56,688 nt of DNA from NCBI GenBank assembly GCA_002686295.1, contig NZBB01000006.1, forward strand, positions 2,084 through 58,771, read 5' to 3'. Source of the DNA: Candidatus Woesearchaeota archaeon (GTDB lineage: Archaea > Nanobdellota > Nanobdellia > Woesearchaeales > GCA-2686295). The first letter of the stretch is position 1. Each line of letters opens with the position of its first letter. Shown here piece after piece: positions 37,466 to 48,068 of the stretch. The notes under the pieces are model-generated. The model worked only from the letters and a program-made list of their open reading frames with translations, made no database searches and was not told the DNA's origin. The position numbers were made by a program, and so were the translations under genes.

Positions 37466-40132
37466 TTATTCTAATATAATGGTTGGTTTTCCCGGGCTTG
37501 CTTGTTTTGCTTTTGAGTATTTAGATTTTTCTGCTGGTTCAATCATTATCTTACATGAAAATTCTTCTTTAAATCTATGTTTCACTTCTTTTAAACTTTT
37601 AATTTCTGTTTCTTGACTCAAGATTTCTTCTGGCAACTTAGTGCTATCTTTTAATATTACAGGAATCATTTTGACTATTTCTTGTCCATGTTTTTTCATT
37701 TCTTTCTCATCCATTAAAATGTTTATTAATACATTAACATTTCTTGTTTTTTGCATTTCTTCTTTGAGTATCTGAAAGAACTTGTATTTCCATTTTGAAG
37801 ATATTATTAAAGTTATACTTTTAGGCTTAAGATTTGTTAATTCTAAAACTTTGTTTATATCCTTAGTGGTTATGTGAGTTAATTCTTCATAAGCTTCTGC
37901 TTTCTTATCAATTTTTTTCTCATTGTACAAAGGCCATTTTTGAAGACTGCAAAACTTTTTCTTTCCTAATTTACTCCACATTTCCTCTCCAAGATGAGGC
38001 GTGAATGGACTTATCAGAATTGTTAATTTCTCCAATACTTCATTAAATGTTTTTTCATGAACTGATTCATTCAAATAAGAGTGTATATGGTTTATCAGCT
38101 CCATTATATTACCTATTGCAGAGCTTATCCTGAACTCTTCCATGTTCTCTGTGACTTGTTTTATAGTGGAGTTAAGTTTTGATATTAAGTATTTATCCTT
38201 ATTATTTTTTGAGCTTCTTTTTTTATAATCTGTATTTAATAAATTAAGAACCCTTTTTAAGAATCTGTAACTTCCTGCCACTCCTTTATCAGACCATTCT
38301 AATTCTTTCTCTGGAAGAGCAGCAAAAAGTGTGAAAAGACGTGCTGTATCAGGGCCGAATTTCTTTATTATGTCTCCAGGATCAACTATGTTCCCCAAGC
38401 TTTTGCTCATCTTGACTCCGTCTTTTAAAACCATTCCTTGGCATAACAATCTTTTGAAAGGCTCATTTATGTTATGTAAACCCAAATCCCTTAAGGCTTT
38501 TGTGAAGAATCTTGCGTATAACAAATGCATTATTGCGTGTTCTATACCTCCTATATACTGATCTACAGGCATCCAATAATTTGCTGTTTTTCCAAACGGT
38601 TTAGTTTTATTTTTTGAATCACAATATCTTAAGAAATACCAAGAGCTATCTATGAACGTATCCATTGTATCTGTTTCTCTCTTTGCATTTCTATTGCACT
38701 TAGGACATTTTGTGTTTACAAATGACTTGCTGGTTTCCATAGGATTTCCTGAACCGGTAAATTTAACATCTTTGGGAAGTTTTACAGGAAGTTCCTTTAA
38801 TGGAACAGGCACAAGACCACATTTTTCACAGTAAATTACTGGTATTGGCGTTCCCCAATATCTCTGTCTTGAAATAAGCCAGTCTCTGAGTTTGTATTCA
38901 TATTTTTGACAACCCATTTTTATCTTTGTAAGCTTTTTAGATATATCTTCTATCGCATCAGTATTTCTTAATCCGTTAAACTCGTCAGAATTAACCATTG
39001 TGCCATCACCAATATATGCTCTCGACATTTTTTTCCCATCTAAAATATAATTGTCTGGCTGAATTACTACCTTGATTTGTATTTTGTGTTTTTTTGCAAA
39101 CATAAAATCTCTCTGATCATGAGCTGGCACAGCCATAACTGCTCCTCCACCATATTCATATAGTACAAAGTTACCAATATAAATGGGTATTTTTTCCTGT
39201 GTTAACGGATTAATAGCATATTTCCCTATAAACATTCCTTTTTTCTCTGATTCTTCTGATGTTCTTTCAAATTTGTCTTCCTTCATAACTTCTGAAAAAA
39301 AAAAATTGAAAGGTTTTTCATATTTTGTTCCCTTTACCCAAGAACTTACTTTTGGATGTTCGGGAGCAAAAACCATGAATGTAACACCATATAATGTGTC
39401 TGGTCTAGTAGTAAAAACATCTATTTCTTCGTTTTTTGAGATTTCAAATTTTATAGTTGTTCCTTTACTTTTTCCTATCCAGTTTCGCTGCATAACCTTC
39501 ACTTTTTCAGGCCAATCAACTTCTTCCAAGCCATCTAATAATTCATCCGCATAATCCCTTATTTTAAAGTACCATTGATATAATTCTTTTTGCTTCACTG
39601 TTGCTGAACAACGCCAACAAATACCATTTTGCACCTGTTCATTTGCAAGAACAGTTTTACATTTTCCACACCAGTTAACAAAAGACTTTTTCTTGTAAGC
39701 AAGACCTATCTCTAAGAATTTCAAGAATATCCACTGGTTCCATTTATAGTATTCTTCTGTATGTGAAGCTATCTCTTTTGACCAATCATAACTTAACCCT
39801 AACTGATTTTGCTGTTCTTTCATTAATTTAACATTATTATAAGTCCATAATTTTGGATTCTTCTTGTTTTTAATTGCGGCATTTTCTGCAGGCAAACCAA
39901 AAGAATCATAACCCGTTGGATAAAGAACATTATATCCTTGTAAACGCTTGTAACGAGCAAATGAATCTCCTATTGCGTAGTTTCTAACATGACCCATATG
40001 CAGTTTGCCTGAAGGATAAGGATACATCTCTAAACAATAGAATTTTTTCTTTTGACTTTTTTTAGTTTTAAATATCTCTTTTTTTGCCCATTCCTTCTGC
40101 CATTTCCTTCCAATCTTGTTAAAATCAGCCAT
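37466..40132 (-). CDS. leuS: Leucine--tRNA ligase, bacterial-type core with archaeal-like C-terminus
   Basis: [42 protein letters not shown]; ends [11 protein letters not shown]. Confidence 0.96.
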   Translation of the reverse strand: MADFNKIGRKWQKEWAKKEIFKTKKSQKKKFYCLEMYPYPSGKLHMGHVRNYAIGDSFARYKRLQGYNVLYPTGYDSFGLPAENAAIKNKKNPKLWTYNNVKLMKEQQNQLGLSYDWSKEIASHTEEYYKWNQWIFLKFLEIGLAYKKKSFVNWCGKCKTVLANEQVQNGICWRCSATVKQKELYQWYFKIRDYADELLDGLEEVDWPEKVKVMQRNWIGKSKGTTIKFEISKNEEIDVFTTRPDTLYGVTFMVFAPEHPKVSSWVKGTKYEKPFNFFFSEVMKEDKFERTSEESEKKGMFIGKYAINPLTQEKIPIYIGNFVLYEYGGGAVMAVPAHDQRDFMFAKKHKIQIKVVIQPDNYILDGKKMSRAYIGDGTMVNSDEFNGLRNTDAIEDISKKLTKIKMGCQKYEYKLRDWLISRQRYWGTPIPVIYCEKCGLVPVPLKELPVKLPKDVKFTGSGNPMETSKSFVNTKCPKCNRNAKRETDTMDTFIDSSWYFLRYCDSKNKTKPFGKTANYWMPVDQYIGGIEHAIMHLLYARFFTKALRDLGLHNINEPFKRLLCQGMVLKDGVKMSKSLGNIVDPGDIIKKFGPDTARLFTLFAALPEKELEWSDKGVAGSYRFLKRVLNLLNTDYKKRSSKNNKDKYLISKLNSTIKQVTENMEEFRISSAIGNIMELINHIHSYLNESVHEKTFNEVLEKLTILISPFTPHLGEEMWSKLGKKKFCSLQKWPLYNEKKIDKKAEAYEELTHITTKDINKVLELTNLKPKSITLIISSKWKYKFFQILKEEMQKTRNVNVLINILMDEKEMKKHGQEIVKMIPVILKDSTKLPEEILSQETEIKSLKEVKHRFKEEFSCKIMIEPAEKSKYSKAKQASPGKPTIILE

Positions 40133-40210
40133 CTTTTATTTGTTTTATTTAGCTAGTTAATATATTTTTTTAATTTAAAATTAATTTTTAAGAAATAAAG
40201 AAAAAAATTA

Positions 40211-40408
40211 TTAGAATTTTTTAAACTGAGCAGCCATATCTATAAGATCCACATGACCTAAGAATAAAGACCTACAACAATATCTGTCGATTTTTAATGA
40301 ATCAAGAACTTTCTTTGGTTCTTCACTTTTCTTTAATTTTTCCTTATATTCTTCCCAAAGATGACCTATTGGCTTTCCACAAGAAAAACATCTAACCGGT
40401 ATTATCAT
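40211..40408 (-). CDS. rpoN: RNA polymerase subunit N (Rpo10)
   Basis: MIIPVRCFSCGK, RYCCR. Confidence 0.97.
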   Translation of the reverse strand: MIIPVRCFSCGKPIGHLWEEYKEKLKKSEEPKKVLDSLKIDRYCCRSLFLGHVDLIDMAAQFKKF

Positions 40409-40464
40409 AAATTCACCTCTGTGAATTTATGGAACTCAAAAAACTTAACTGTTTTCATCATCAT
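40405..40464 (-). CDS. Putative 19-aa micro-ORF MMMKTVKFFEFHKFTEVNL coupled to rpoN
   Basis: GGAGGT SD just upstream; TGA overlaps the rpoN ATG (ATGA). Confidence 0.5.
   Translation of the reverse strand: MMMKTVKFFEFHKFTEVNL
40406..40431 (-). promoter_or_regulatory. Hairpin sequestering the rpoN SD and start codon
   Basis: CATAAATTCAC-AGAG-GTGAATTTATG, perfect 11-bp stem. Confidence 0.65.
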
Positions 40465-40477
40465 AAATTTACCTCCA

Positions 40478-40879
40478 TTACCTATAACTCTTTTGTCTTT
40501 TAGCTCTTGCTTTACCTTGACTGTTTGGCTTGCTTACTTCTTTTCTTCTAACATCTGCAACTAATAATTGTCTATCATAATTTAATAATACATCTTTAAT
40601 TTTTTCATCAAACTTCACAAACGCTCTTCCTATTGCCAATCTTACAGCGTCTGCTTGACTTACTACTCCACCACCATGCACAGTTATTTTTATATCTACT
40701 TTATCTGCAATGTTTTTTACCAACAATAAAGGTTCTTTTATCTTCATTCTTGCAAACTTTGGTTCAAAATAATCTAAGGATAAATTATTTATTGTTATAT
40801 TTCCAGTTCCAGATTTTAAACTTGCTCTAGCTATAGCTCTTTTCCTCTTTCCTGATGTTTGTAATATTTTTGCTTTCAT
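40478..40879 (-). CDS. rps9: 30S ribosomal protein uS9
   Basis: SGKRKRAIARA, GGG..SQADA, DVRRKE, QKSYR. Confidence 0.97.
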   Translation of the reverse strand: MKAKILQTSGKRKRAIARASLKSGTGNITINNLSLDYFEPKFARMKIKEPLLLVKNIADKVDIKITVHGGGVVSQADAVRLAIGRAFVKFDEKIKDVLLNYDRQLLVADVRRKEVSKPNSQGKARAKRQKSYR

Positions 40880-41289
40880 ACTTTCCCACCTAAAAACTTA
40901 CATATACTTTTAATAGTTAAGTAACTTGTTTTAGTTATCTTTTCTACATCAGCATTGTTTATGCTTTCTGAGTTCTCTTTAAATTCTTCTGGCTTACCAA
41001 CATAACATTTTATGTTTTCAAATGCAATTCTTCCTCTTGGAAGTTTGTATGGTAGCATTCCTCTTATAGCTCTTTTTACAAAACGATCTGGTTGTCTTGG
41101 AAAAAAAGGCCCTATTAAAGGTGCTCCTCTATCTCTTTTTCTTTTATAATTAGCAAGAATCTCTTTTTTTGAACCTACAACAACTGCTTGTTCACTATTT
41201 ATTATGCTTATTTTTTCTCCCAACAAAGCTTTCTTTGCTACAAAAGTTGCTAATCTTCCTAGTATTAAATTTTTCGCATTTATTATCAT
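40876..41289 (-). CDS. rpl13: 50S ribosomal protein uL13
   Basis: ILGRLA, GPFFPRQP, IRGMLP. Confidence 0.97.
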   Translation of the reverse strand: MIINAKNLILGRLATFVAKKALLGEKISIINSEQAVVVGSKKEILANYKRKRDRGAPLIGPFFPRQPDRFVKRAIRGMLPYKLPRGRIAFENIKCYVGKPEEFKENSESINNADVEKITKTSYLTIKSICKFLGGKV

Positions 41290-41630
41290 CCTATAATCCT
41301 CACTTTTTTACCTTGCGGATTCTTTTTTAATAACTCAGTTATTGATAATGCTTGACCTTTAATTTTTATCTTTTGATAAGCTGAATCTGAGAAATTAAAT
41401 GCTGCAACAACTACTGTCTTTGTTAATTCTCCTGAACCCAAAACTTTTCCAGGAACAACAATTATTTCATTTGGCTTCGCATTTTTTTCTATTCTGTATA
41501 TGTTAACTTGTCTTCTTCTTCTGGTTGACTTTTCAAGATCACTTGCTACTCGCTTCCAAATCCTCACTTTTTCTTCTATAGAAGTCTTTTTCAATTCACT
41601 TATTAATTGTGTTAGTTGTTCGTGTTTCAT
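41286..41630 (-). CDS. rpl18e: 50S ribosomal protein eL18
   Basis: IWKRVA, VVPGKVLGSG, AAFNFS, NPQG; start MKHEQ because the longer ORF overlaps a tRNA. Confidence 0.95.
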   Translation of the reverse strand: MKHEQLTQLISELKKTSIEEKVRIWKRVASDLEKSTRRRRQVNIYRIEKNAKPNEIIVVPGKVLGSGELTKTVVVAAFNFSDSAYQKIKIKGQALSITELLKKNPQGKKVRIIG

Positions 41631-41635
41631 TTTTA

Positions 41636-41721
41636 TGCGAGGGACGGGATTCGAACCCGTGCAACCACTAAGGCCTACGGCCCTCAACCGTAGTCATTTG
41701 ACCAGACTCTGACACCCTCGC
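41636..41721 (-). tRNA. tRNA-Leu(GAG)
   Basis: GCGAGGG/CCCTCGC-A acceptor, TACGG-TTGAGGG-CCGTA arm, long variable arm; usual position between rpoD and rpl18e. Confidence 0.95.
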
Positions 41722-41742
41722 AATCAAGGGTTCAAGAATCTT

Positions 41743-42477
41743 TTATTTTTTCTTCATTAATTTTGAAAACTCTGTTAGTTGTTCGTTGAATATTTCTAAC
41801 GCTTTCTTAACCATTACTTCACAACTCATTTGACCCCAAGATTCAACTTGGAATATGAAATTTTCATTACTATATTCTATATTTAATATATCTTTGTTTA
41901 TGCATTCACATGCATCTACTAAATTATTATTTAATATGTTTTTTTCATCCAACTTTCCTTTTTTGAAAGCTTTAGATGGGTATTTATCTTTATACTCTTC
42001 AAATTTTGAACTTTTATTGTTTATTTTGATTTTTGGCTCTTGAACAAAGTGTACCGTACCTGGACTCCATTTCATATGTTCTGAACCTTTTCCTAGAATA
42101 GCTGTTGCTTCAAATTCTAGTTCTTGTTTGTCTAAAAGTTTAACAATTGGCATTTTAGGATGAACTGGTTTACAACTCTTATCTTTTGTCTTCAAACTTG
42201 AAGCATAGACATATCCTGGTCCTTTTTCTTTAAATGTAAATACTATTTTTGATTTCTCATCTGCACCAGATGTTTTCAACGGAATTAATCCTATTCTATG
42301 TGCAATTATTTCATCGTATAATATTGAATTGTTCTTTTTAAAAGATACATCTTCTATTGCAAGTGTTGGTACATCAGCTGTTATTAACCTTCTTATTGAA
42401 TTTGCATATGAATAATTTATTCCTTTTATCAAAAAATTTGTTTTATCTTTCTGTTTTAAAATTATTTTTAGTTCCAT
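41743..42477 (-). CDS. rpoD: RNA polymerase subunit D (Rpo3)
   Basis: ANSIRR, VPTLAIE, NSILYDEIIAHRIGLIPL, GSEHMKW, VESWGQ. Confidence 0.96.
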   Translation of the reverse strand: MELKIILKQKDKTNFLIKGINYSYANSIRRLITADVPTLAIEDVSFKKNNSILYDEIIAHRIGLIPLKTSGADEKSKIVFTFKEKGPGYVYASSLKTKDKSCKPVHPKMPIVKLLDKQELEFEATAILGKGSEHMKWSPGTVHFVQEPKIKINNKSSKFEEYKDKYPSKAFKKGKLDEKNILNNNLVDACECINKDILNIEYSNENFIFQVESWGQMSCEVMVKKALEIFNEQLTEFSKLMKKK

Positions 42478-42873
42478 TTATACTCTCCTCCCTCTTCGTC
42501 CACCTTTTTTTCTACATCCACCATGTGGTGTTGGGGTTACATCTTCTATGAATCCTATTTTTAATCCTTTTCTTGATAATGCTCTTATAGCTGCTTGTGC
42601 ACCTGGACCTGGATTTGATGATCCATTATGACCTCCTGGAGCTCTTATTCTTACCTGTAAAGCATTTATGCCTTTATCTCTACAGATATCAGCAACTTTT
42701 TTTGCCGCAGCCATCGCAGCAGTTGGACTTGATTCAAGTCTGTGTGCTTTCACTACTTGTCCTCCACTTGCAATAGTTACTGTTTCTGTTCCAGTTATGT
42801 CCGTTATATGTATGATAGTATTATTATAGGATGAAAAAATGTGTGCTATTCCCCACCTAGTTGAATCTTTCAT
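42478..42873 (-). CDS. rps11: 30S ribosomal protein uS11
   Basis: [33 protein letters not shown]. Confidence 0.98.
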   Translation of the reverse strand: MKDSTRWGIAHIFSSYNNTIIHITDITGTETVTIASGGQVVKAHRLESSPTAAMAAAKKVADICRDKGINALQVRIRAPGGHNGSSNPGPGAQAAIRALSRKGLKIGFIEDVTPTPHGGCRKKGGRRGRRV

Positions 42874-43522
42874 TTTTTGTCCTCTTTTGGTTTTTCTTAG
42901 TTTCTATCTCCTTTGCAATCTCATCTTCGTTTTCTGGAACTTTTTCAAATGCCACTACTTCTTCTACTTCTTCTTTTTTCTTTTTAGTCACTTTTGGTTT
43001 TGCTACTTCTTCAAAAAATCTTTCCGGATGACTTGTGTTTGCCAAAGATGATGAACTTGAAAATGATAGTTTACTTTCATCACTTACTTTTATTAAATGT
43101 GAAGGCACACTTATTTTTTTATCAGCAACTTTTACGTGTCTATGAACTATGAATTGTCTTGCTTGATTAATTGTTTTTGCAAGGTTTTTTTTAAATAGAA
43201 CTGTTTGAAATCTTCTTTCAAGAATGTTTTTTACTTCTAAACCTAGTATTGAATCTGTTGGTTGGTCTGCTTTTAATAGACCTAATGAAAGTAATTTTTC
43301 TCTTAATTGAGATTTTTCTTTATCTGCCTGTTCAGAGCTTAAAGCGTTTAATGTTTTTATTTGTTGCTTGAACCCATTTAAAATTGATTCTGCTTTCCAT
43401 ATCTCTTTTTTATTTCTTAATCCAAATTCTCTTTTCAATGTTATCTCATTCTCTATCCTAGTTTTTTGCCATGGATGAGTTGGTGTATCATACTTTTTTC
43501 TTGTTTTTTTTGGATCGCCCAT
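42857..43522 (-). CDS. rps4: 30S ribosomal protein uS4
   Basis: [32 protein letters not shown]. Confidence 0.97.
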   Translation of the reverse strand: MGDPKKTRKKYDTPTHPWQKTRIENEITLKREFGLRNKKEIWKAESILNGFKQQIKTLNALSSEQADKEKSQLREKLLSLGLLKADQPTDSILGLEVKNILERRFQTVLFKKNLAKTINQARQFIVHRHVKVADKKISVPSHLIKVSDESKLSFSSSSSLANTSHPERFFEEVAKPKVTKKKKEEVEEVVAFEKVPENEDEIAKEIETKKNQKRTKNERFN

Positions 43523-43523
43523 T

Positions 43524-43976
43524 TTAACCTTTTCTCTTAACTCCTAAAGAACCTTTTCCTTTGTTTCTTCTAAAGTTTGATTTTGTTCTTTGACCTCTTA
43601 CTGGCAGACTCCATTGATGTCTTAATCCTCTGTAAGATTTTATTTTTTTCATCATTTTTACATCATTTTCTTTTGCGAATTTCAAATCTGGACCTATTAG
43701 GTGATTATTTTTTCCTGTTTCTGGATTTTTTCTTCTGTTTAATAGCCATTCTGGCATTCCACTTTTTGCAACTTCATTAAGAATCAATGTTAGTTTTTCT
43801 GCATCTTTACTTGACAAATTACCTGTTTTTCGGTTTTCGTCTATTCCTGATAGTTCACAAACTGCGTGAGCCATCATTACACTTACACCTTTTATTTTTC
43901 TTAATGCATATAAAATTTTTTTATTACCATCTAAGTCGGTGTTTGCTACTCTTAATAAATATTTGAATTCTACCAT
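43524..43976 (-). CDS. rps13: 30S ribosomal protein uS13
   Basis: TDLDG, IKGV, PEWLLNR, YRGLRH, VRGQRTK. Confidence 0.97.
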   Translation of the reverse strand: MVEFKYLLRVANTDLDGNKKILYALRKIKGVSVMMAHAVCELSGIDENRKTGNLSSKDAEKLTLILNEVAKSGMPEWLLNRRKNPETGKNNHLIGPDLKFAKENDVKMMKKIKSYRGLRHQWSLPVRGQRTKSNFRRNKGKGSLGVKRKG

Positions 43977-44057
43977 TTTATTTTTTCGAGAGAAATAACT
44001 TTTTTTAACCCTATACGCTATTCACTCGGATTCTTTGATTTTAGAAAAATGATTAGT

Positions 44058-44765
44058 TTATAAACCTTTTGAAAGTTTGCTATAACCAATTATTGCGTTA
44101 TCTATTGTTTTTGGTATGTTTTTATTCCATTTATTGTCTTTGTATTCATTTAGATTGTAAATTTCTGTTAAGCTATGAAATTTTTTGAATAACTCATTAA
44201 ACACAACTAATTGTTTTTCATCATTTTTTTCATTGTTTTTATCTGTTTGTAAGGTTTTATTATTGTAGAAAAAGTTTAATGTGTATCTTCTGTCAATAGG
44301 CACATACAAGTTTGGTAGTAAAAAATGCATTGTTTTGGAGAAAGTAACTAGTTTTGATTTAATTTTATTTCCTGTCCAGCTTTCTCCGACAAGATCAAGT
44401 TTTTTGAATAAGCTTTCTGTTATATTAATCGTTTTTTCAAACTCTCCTTTTGATAAATTTTCTATCCTGTAATTATTTAAAAGCGTCATATTTTCTTTGT
44501 TGCTTCTTATTGACTCTTTGAATAGTTCTATCTCGTTGAGTTTTGCTGCTCTTCCATTCATATTCCAAGCTATTAATGTTGTGTAACTTAACTCAAGATA
44601 TTCATCGCTAAAAATGTCTAGATTTCTTCTTTTTTCTAATAATAAACTATAAAGGTATTGTCCTGGATCGAAAAGCCTGTATTCTAATTTTGTTTTCTCC
44701 AAAGATTTTTCTAATATGTTCTTATTTGAAATTAATTCTTCAAACTTCTCTGATTTCAACTTCAT
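44058..44765 (-). CDS. Hypothetical protein
   Basis: 235-aa ORF; LIAWNMN and SKTMHFLLPNLYVPIDR motifs; family not recognised with confidence. Confidence 0.75.
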   Translation of the reverse strand: MKLKSEKFEELISNKNILEKSLEKTKLEYRLFDPGQYLYSLLLEKRRNLDIFSDEYLELSYTTLIAWNMNGRAAKLNEIELFKESIRSNKENMTLLNNYRIENLSKGEFEKTINITESLFKKLDLVGESWTGNKIKSKLVTFSKTMHFLLPNLYVPIDRRYTLNFFYNNKTLQTDKNNEKNDEKQLVVFNELFKKFHSLTEIYNLNEYKDNKWNKNIPKTIDNAIIGYSKLSKGL

Positions 44766-44977
44766 ATTTAAACAAAAATTTAAGAAAATTAATAAAGCTA
44801 TTTGTTAAATCGAAAATCTTTTGGTTTTTTTGGATAGAATTTATTAATTAATTCCTTTCTGATTTGTTTTTCATACTTAAAAATATTATTAATATGCCAT
44901 TAATACGCCAGATTCATTCATTAACTTTCCTTTTTTTAATCGCTTATTTTATATAGTTGTTTTATCAATTCTTTTTC

Positions 44978-47900
44978 ATGTTTGAAAAAAGAGGTCAATT
45001 CACTGTTTTCATAATACTTGGTTTTGTTTTAATTGCCACTTTTACATTCTTATTCTTTGCAAGAGATGCGATTGTTCAGCAAAAACTTCAATTGCAGGCT
45101 GAGAAGATTGTTCAGGAAGCAGTTAAGACTTCTTCCATTAATTTCTATGTTAAAAGTTGCTTGGATAGGGTTGTTGATGACGGCATTTACCTTCTTTCTT
45201 TGCAGGGTGGCAGAATTTATGAAAGTCAGGGAGGAAGTTCACAGAACCCGGATGAACCAGGAGTTGACCACTTGGCTTTTAATTTAAGCGATTCTTATTT
45301 CAACACTAGTTTTTACAATTATACAAATATTTCTTACGGCATCAAACCTAATAATAATTGGAGTTGCATCTATATTGGACCTCCAAGTTTTCCTTTTATT
45401 AATACTTCTCTAGACTTGGTAAAGACTGTTTATCAAAAAAGCATAACCGATAATAATTGTGATTTTACATCTGGCGCTTTTGGAATTGCTGAACTTCCGA
45501 AACTATGCGATCCAGAAGGCCCAAATAGGATTAACGCTAGTGAAACTGAAGGTTTTTACTTTCACGGAGTCTGTAACTTTGGATATGGAGATAACAGTGT
45601 TCAAAAACAATTGAACACTTATATTTCTAAAGCAATGACTGAATGTGTTAATTTCACAATATTTGAAAACCTTGGATATGATATAACAGTTGAAAACAAT
45701 CCTTCTGGTTCAACAATATTCTCAGATAAAAGTTTTGTCGTAAACATTAGCTATCCATTAATAGTGCAACTTGGAAAAAACAAAGTTAAAACGATGGCTA
45801 ACTTTCAGACAATAAAGAATATCCGTTTCAAAAAATTCTATGAATACATACAATCATTGTTAGAGCAAGAGTACAAAAACATTTTTTTCGATATAGAGAG
45901 AGACTATAAAAATCCCCTTTTAGGATGGGATTCTAAAATAAAACTTGTGAGAATTATGAATCCTTGCTATGAATGTGAAAGAGGTTATTTCGATGATGTA
46001 TTTCAGATAATTGACAATGAATCAATTATAAGAGGACATCCTTTAATATTTCAGTTCGCATTAAAAAATCGTGGGCCTGCACTTGACTGGATAGATTCTG
46101 GTATGAGATACAACGTTGTTGTGAGAGAAGGGCAGGAAATTTTCTTAAATCCAAAGGGAATAGATCCTGACGAAGATAATATATTGTATAATTACTCGGG
46201 CTGGATGGAAGAATATAACAGCACATTTAATGAATCAGCTTGTTCTTATGATCTTGCTAACTGCTGGGCAGACCCTTCAATGTTTGTAATAAACCAACAA
46301 TATCGAGTAAAGAACTGGACTGGATCAGAATTATTCAAAGAAACGAACAGGAATGCCAGCTATAGAGTAAAAAGAAGTGATCTGGGACTGCATTATACAG
46401 TCATAACTGTTGAAGATGAAGAGGGAAAAATTGATTATCAGAACATTTCAATAATGGTTGAAGACATCCCTGTAGTTATACCTTCCGGAAGCAATATTTA
46501 TGACGACATAGGCGATAAAAACGCTTCAATAGAAGATCCATATGTTTTAAGCTCTTTAGACCTATCATTTTTCACAAACGTTGAAGAATTTGAATGGAAA
46601 GACTTAAACGAATCATTTACCATAATAACTGATTTGTCAGAAATAACAATACCATTCCTTGAACCTAATACTTTCACAATTGAAACAATAAAAGAAGAAG
46701 CATTCACATCAATAAACACACACGACATCTCGTTAAGAGGAAAATATGATTTGAATGAATGGACTCCTGCATCAATTTGGCAGGTTGAAGTACATGAATG
46801 TTTGCCACATAGAAATGATAACGATTCTTTTGCTTATCCATATCATACAATTCAAAATCCTTTCTTAGCAAACCATACTTGTTGCAGTGATGAAACAAAT
46901 AGTTGGGGAACAATAACAACAAACAATACTTGTTATGACATAGTAGAATATGGTTCAAATCTAAGCTTTTCAAACATAGATACCTATTTTGGAAATCCTT
47001 CAATAGAACCATCTCAGGAAATAATTACTGAAGAAGGATTTGATGAAAATGACATTGTAAAAAGAGAGATAAAAAGAATTTGTGATGGTACAAGAGGAAA
47101 TATTTGTCAAGGAGATATGTTTGATGAAAGAATTAACAAGCAAGATTGTGGTGATTACACTAGCGATTCAGATGATGAAAGATGTAGTGGACCACAAAAT
47201 ATTGAGGTTACATATTCAGAACAAACGTGTTATTCTTATACTTTAGGAAATAGTTTTGAAACTACATTCTCATTACTTGATAAAAACGGAAATGATGCAA
47301 ACGGAATCTGTAATGAAGGATTAAAATGTGCGACAGATAAAGGTTTAAATGGAGGCATATTTGTTAATGCGGATTCTGACTTTGGAAAACACTATAAATG
47401 CAAAGCAAAATGTGATGGAGGAGGTTGTTCTTATCCTATTGATTGTGTTTGTGGAGGCATCGAGTGCGGTAATATAGCATATAATTTTTTTTGTAATGAT
47501 CAAGAACCAGGATTTTCTTGGAGTATAACAAACGGAAACGGAAATGAAGCCAAAAAAGAGCGAGGTTGTACTGATTCTTGTGAATTTGAAATTTGCACTC
47601 CCTACATATTTGAAAATTTTGTGTGTTTAGAAACTGCAAGTAATGATGATGATTGTGATGACGGTTTTTCTCACGACCCTGATGGAAATAAATGCATAAG
47701 TTGTAATCAAAACAATATAGAAACAGGTGGCGATGAAGCTAACAATAAATGCGAATCTGACGCGACAAACTGTGATGCAAATGAATCTTGCGATGAAATA
47801 GAACCTGCAAAACCAATTACTTGCGAAAACAACAAAAGAAAAACTTACTGTACAAGTAATTGTCAATATGAAACAATTGCACCTACAATTTGTGATAGTG

Positions 47901-48010
47901 ATTGTAACGGATATTATGGAGATCAATCTTGTGATGGAAAAATGACGGGGGATTCATGTGGTGGACCTAAAGAATGTACTGATGATTGTGAATGCCAAAT
48001 CATAATGTAG
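44978..48010 (+). CDS. Large Cys-rich surface protein with class III (pilin-type) signal peptide
   Basis: MFEKRG/QFTVFIILG; Ig/cadherin-like DPDED segment; Cys-rich C-terminal third. Confidence 0.85.
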   Translation: MFEKRGQFTVFIILGFVLIATFTFLFFARDAIVQQKLQLQAEKIVQEAVKTSSINFYVKSCLDRVVDDGIYLLSLQGGRIYESQGGSSQNPDEPGVDHLAFNLSDSYFNTSFYNYTNISYGIKPNNNWSCIYIGPPSFPFINTSLDLVKTVYQKSITDNNCDFTSGAFGIAELPKLCDPEGPNRINASETEGFYFHGVCNFGYGDNSVQKQLNTYISKAMTECVNFTIFENLGYDITVENNPSGSTIFSDKSFVVNISYPLIVQLGKNKVKTMANFQTIKNIRFKKFYEYIQSLLEQEYKNIFFDIERDYKNPLLGWDSKIKLVRIMNPCYECERGYFDDVFQIIDNESIIRGHPLIFQFALKNRGPALDWIDSGMRYNVVVREGQEIFLNPKGIDPDEDNILYNYSGWMEEYNSTFNESACSYDLANCWADPSMFVINQQYRVKNWTGSELFKETNRNASYRVKRSDLGLHYTVITVEDEEGKIDYQNISIMVEDIPVVIPSGSNIYDDIGDKNASIEDPYVLSSLDLSFFTNVEEFEWKDLNESFTIITDLSEITIPFLEPNTFTIETIKEEAFTSINTHDISLRGKYDLNEWTPASIWQVEVHECLPHRNDNDSFAYPYHTIQNPFLANHTCCSDETNSWGTITTNNTCYDIVEYGSNLSFSNIDTYFGNPSIEPSQEIITEEGFDENDIVKREIKRICDGTRGNICQGDMFDERINKQDCGDYTSDSDDERCSGPQNIEVTYSEQTCYSYTLGNSFETTFSLLDKNGNDANGICNEGLKCATDKGLNGGIFVNADSDFGKHYKCKAKCDGGGCSYPIDCVCGGIECGNIAYNFFCNDQEPGFSWSITNGNGNEAKKERGCTDSCEFEICTPYIFENFVCLETASNDDDCDDGFSHDPDGNKCISCNQNNIETGGDEANNKCESDATNCDANESCDEIEPAKPITCENNKRKTYCTSNCQYETIAPTICDSDCNGYYGDQSCDGKMTGDSCGGPKECTDDCECQIIM

Positions 48011-48068
48011 TTTGAATTCTATCAAAAACTATATATAGTAGTAGTATAATTATTTCTATCGGAAAAAG

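Noticed and set aside
40452..40466. C-box-like ATGATGA suggesting a C/D sRNA
   Set aside because: No CTGA D box downstream; better explained as tandem Met codons
41631..41687. N-terminal extension of eL18
   Set aside because: It is the translation of the tRNA-Leu sequence
43977..44057. Expected tRNA or structured leader upstream of rps13
   Set aside because: No cloverleaf or T-loop; only a weak CGAG/CTCG pairing
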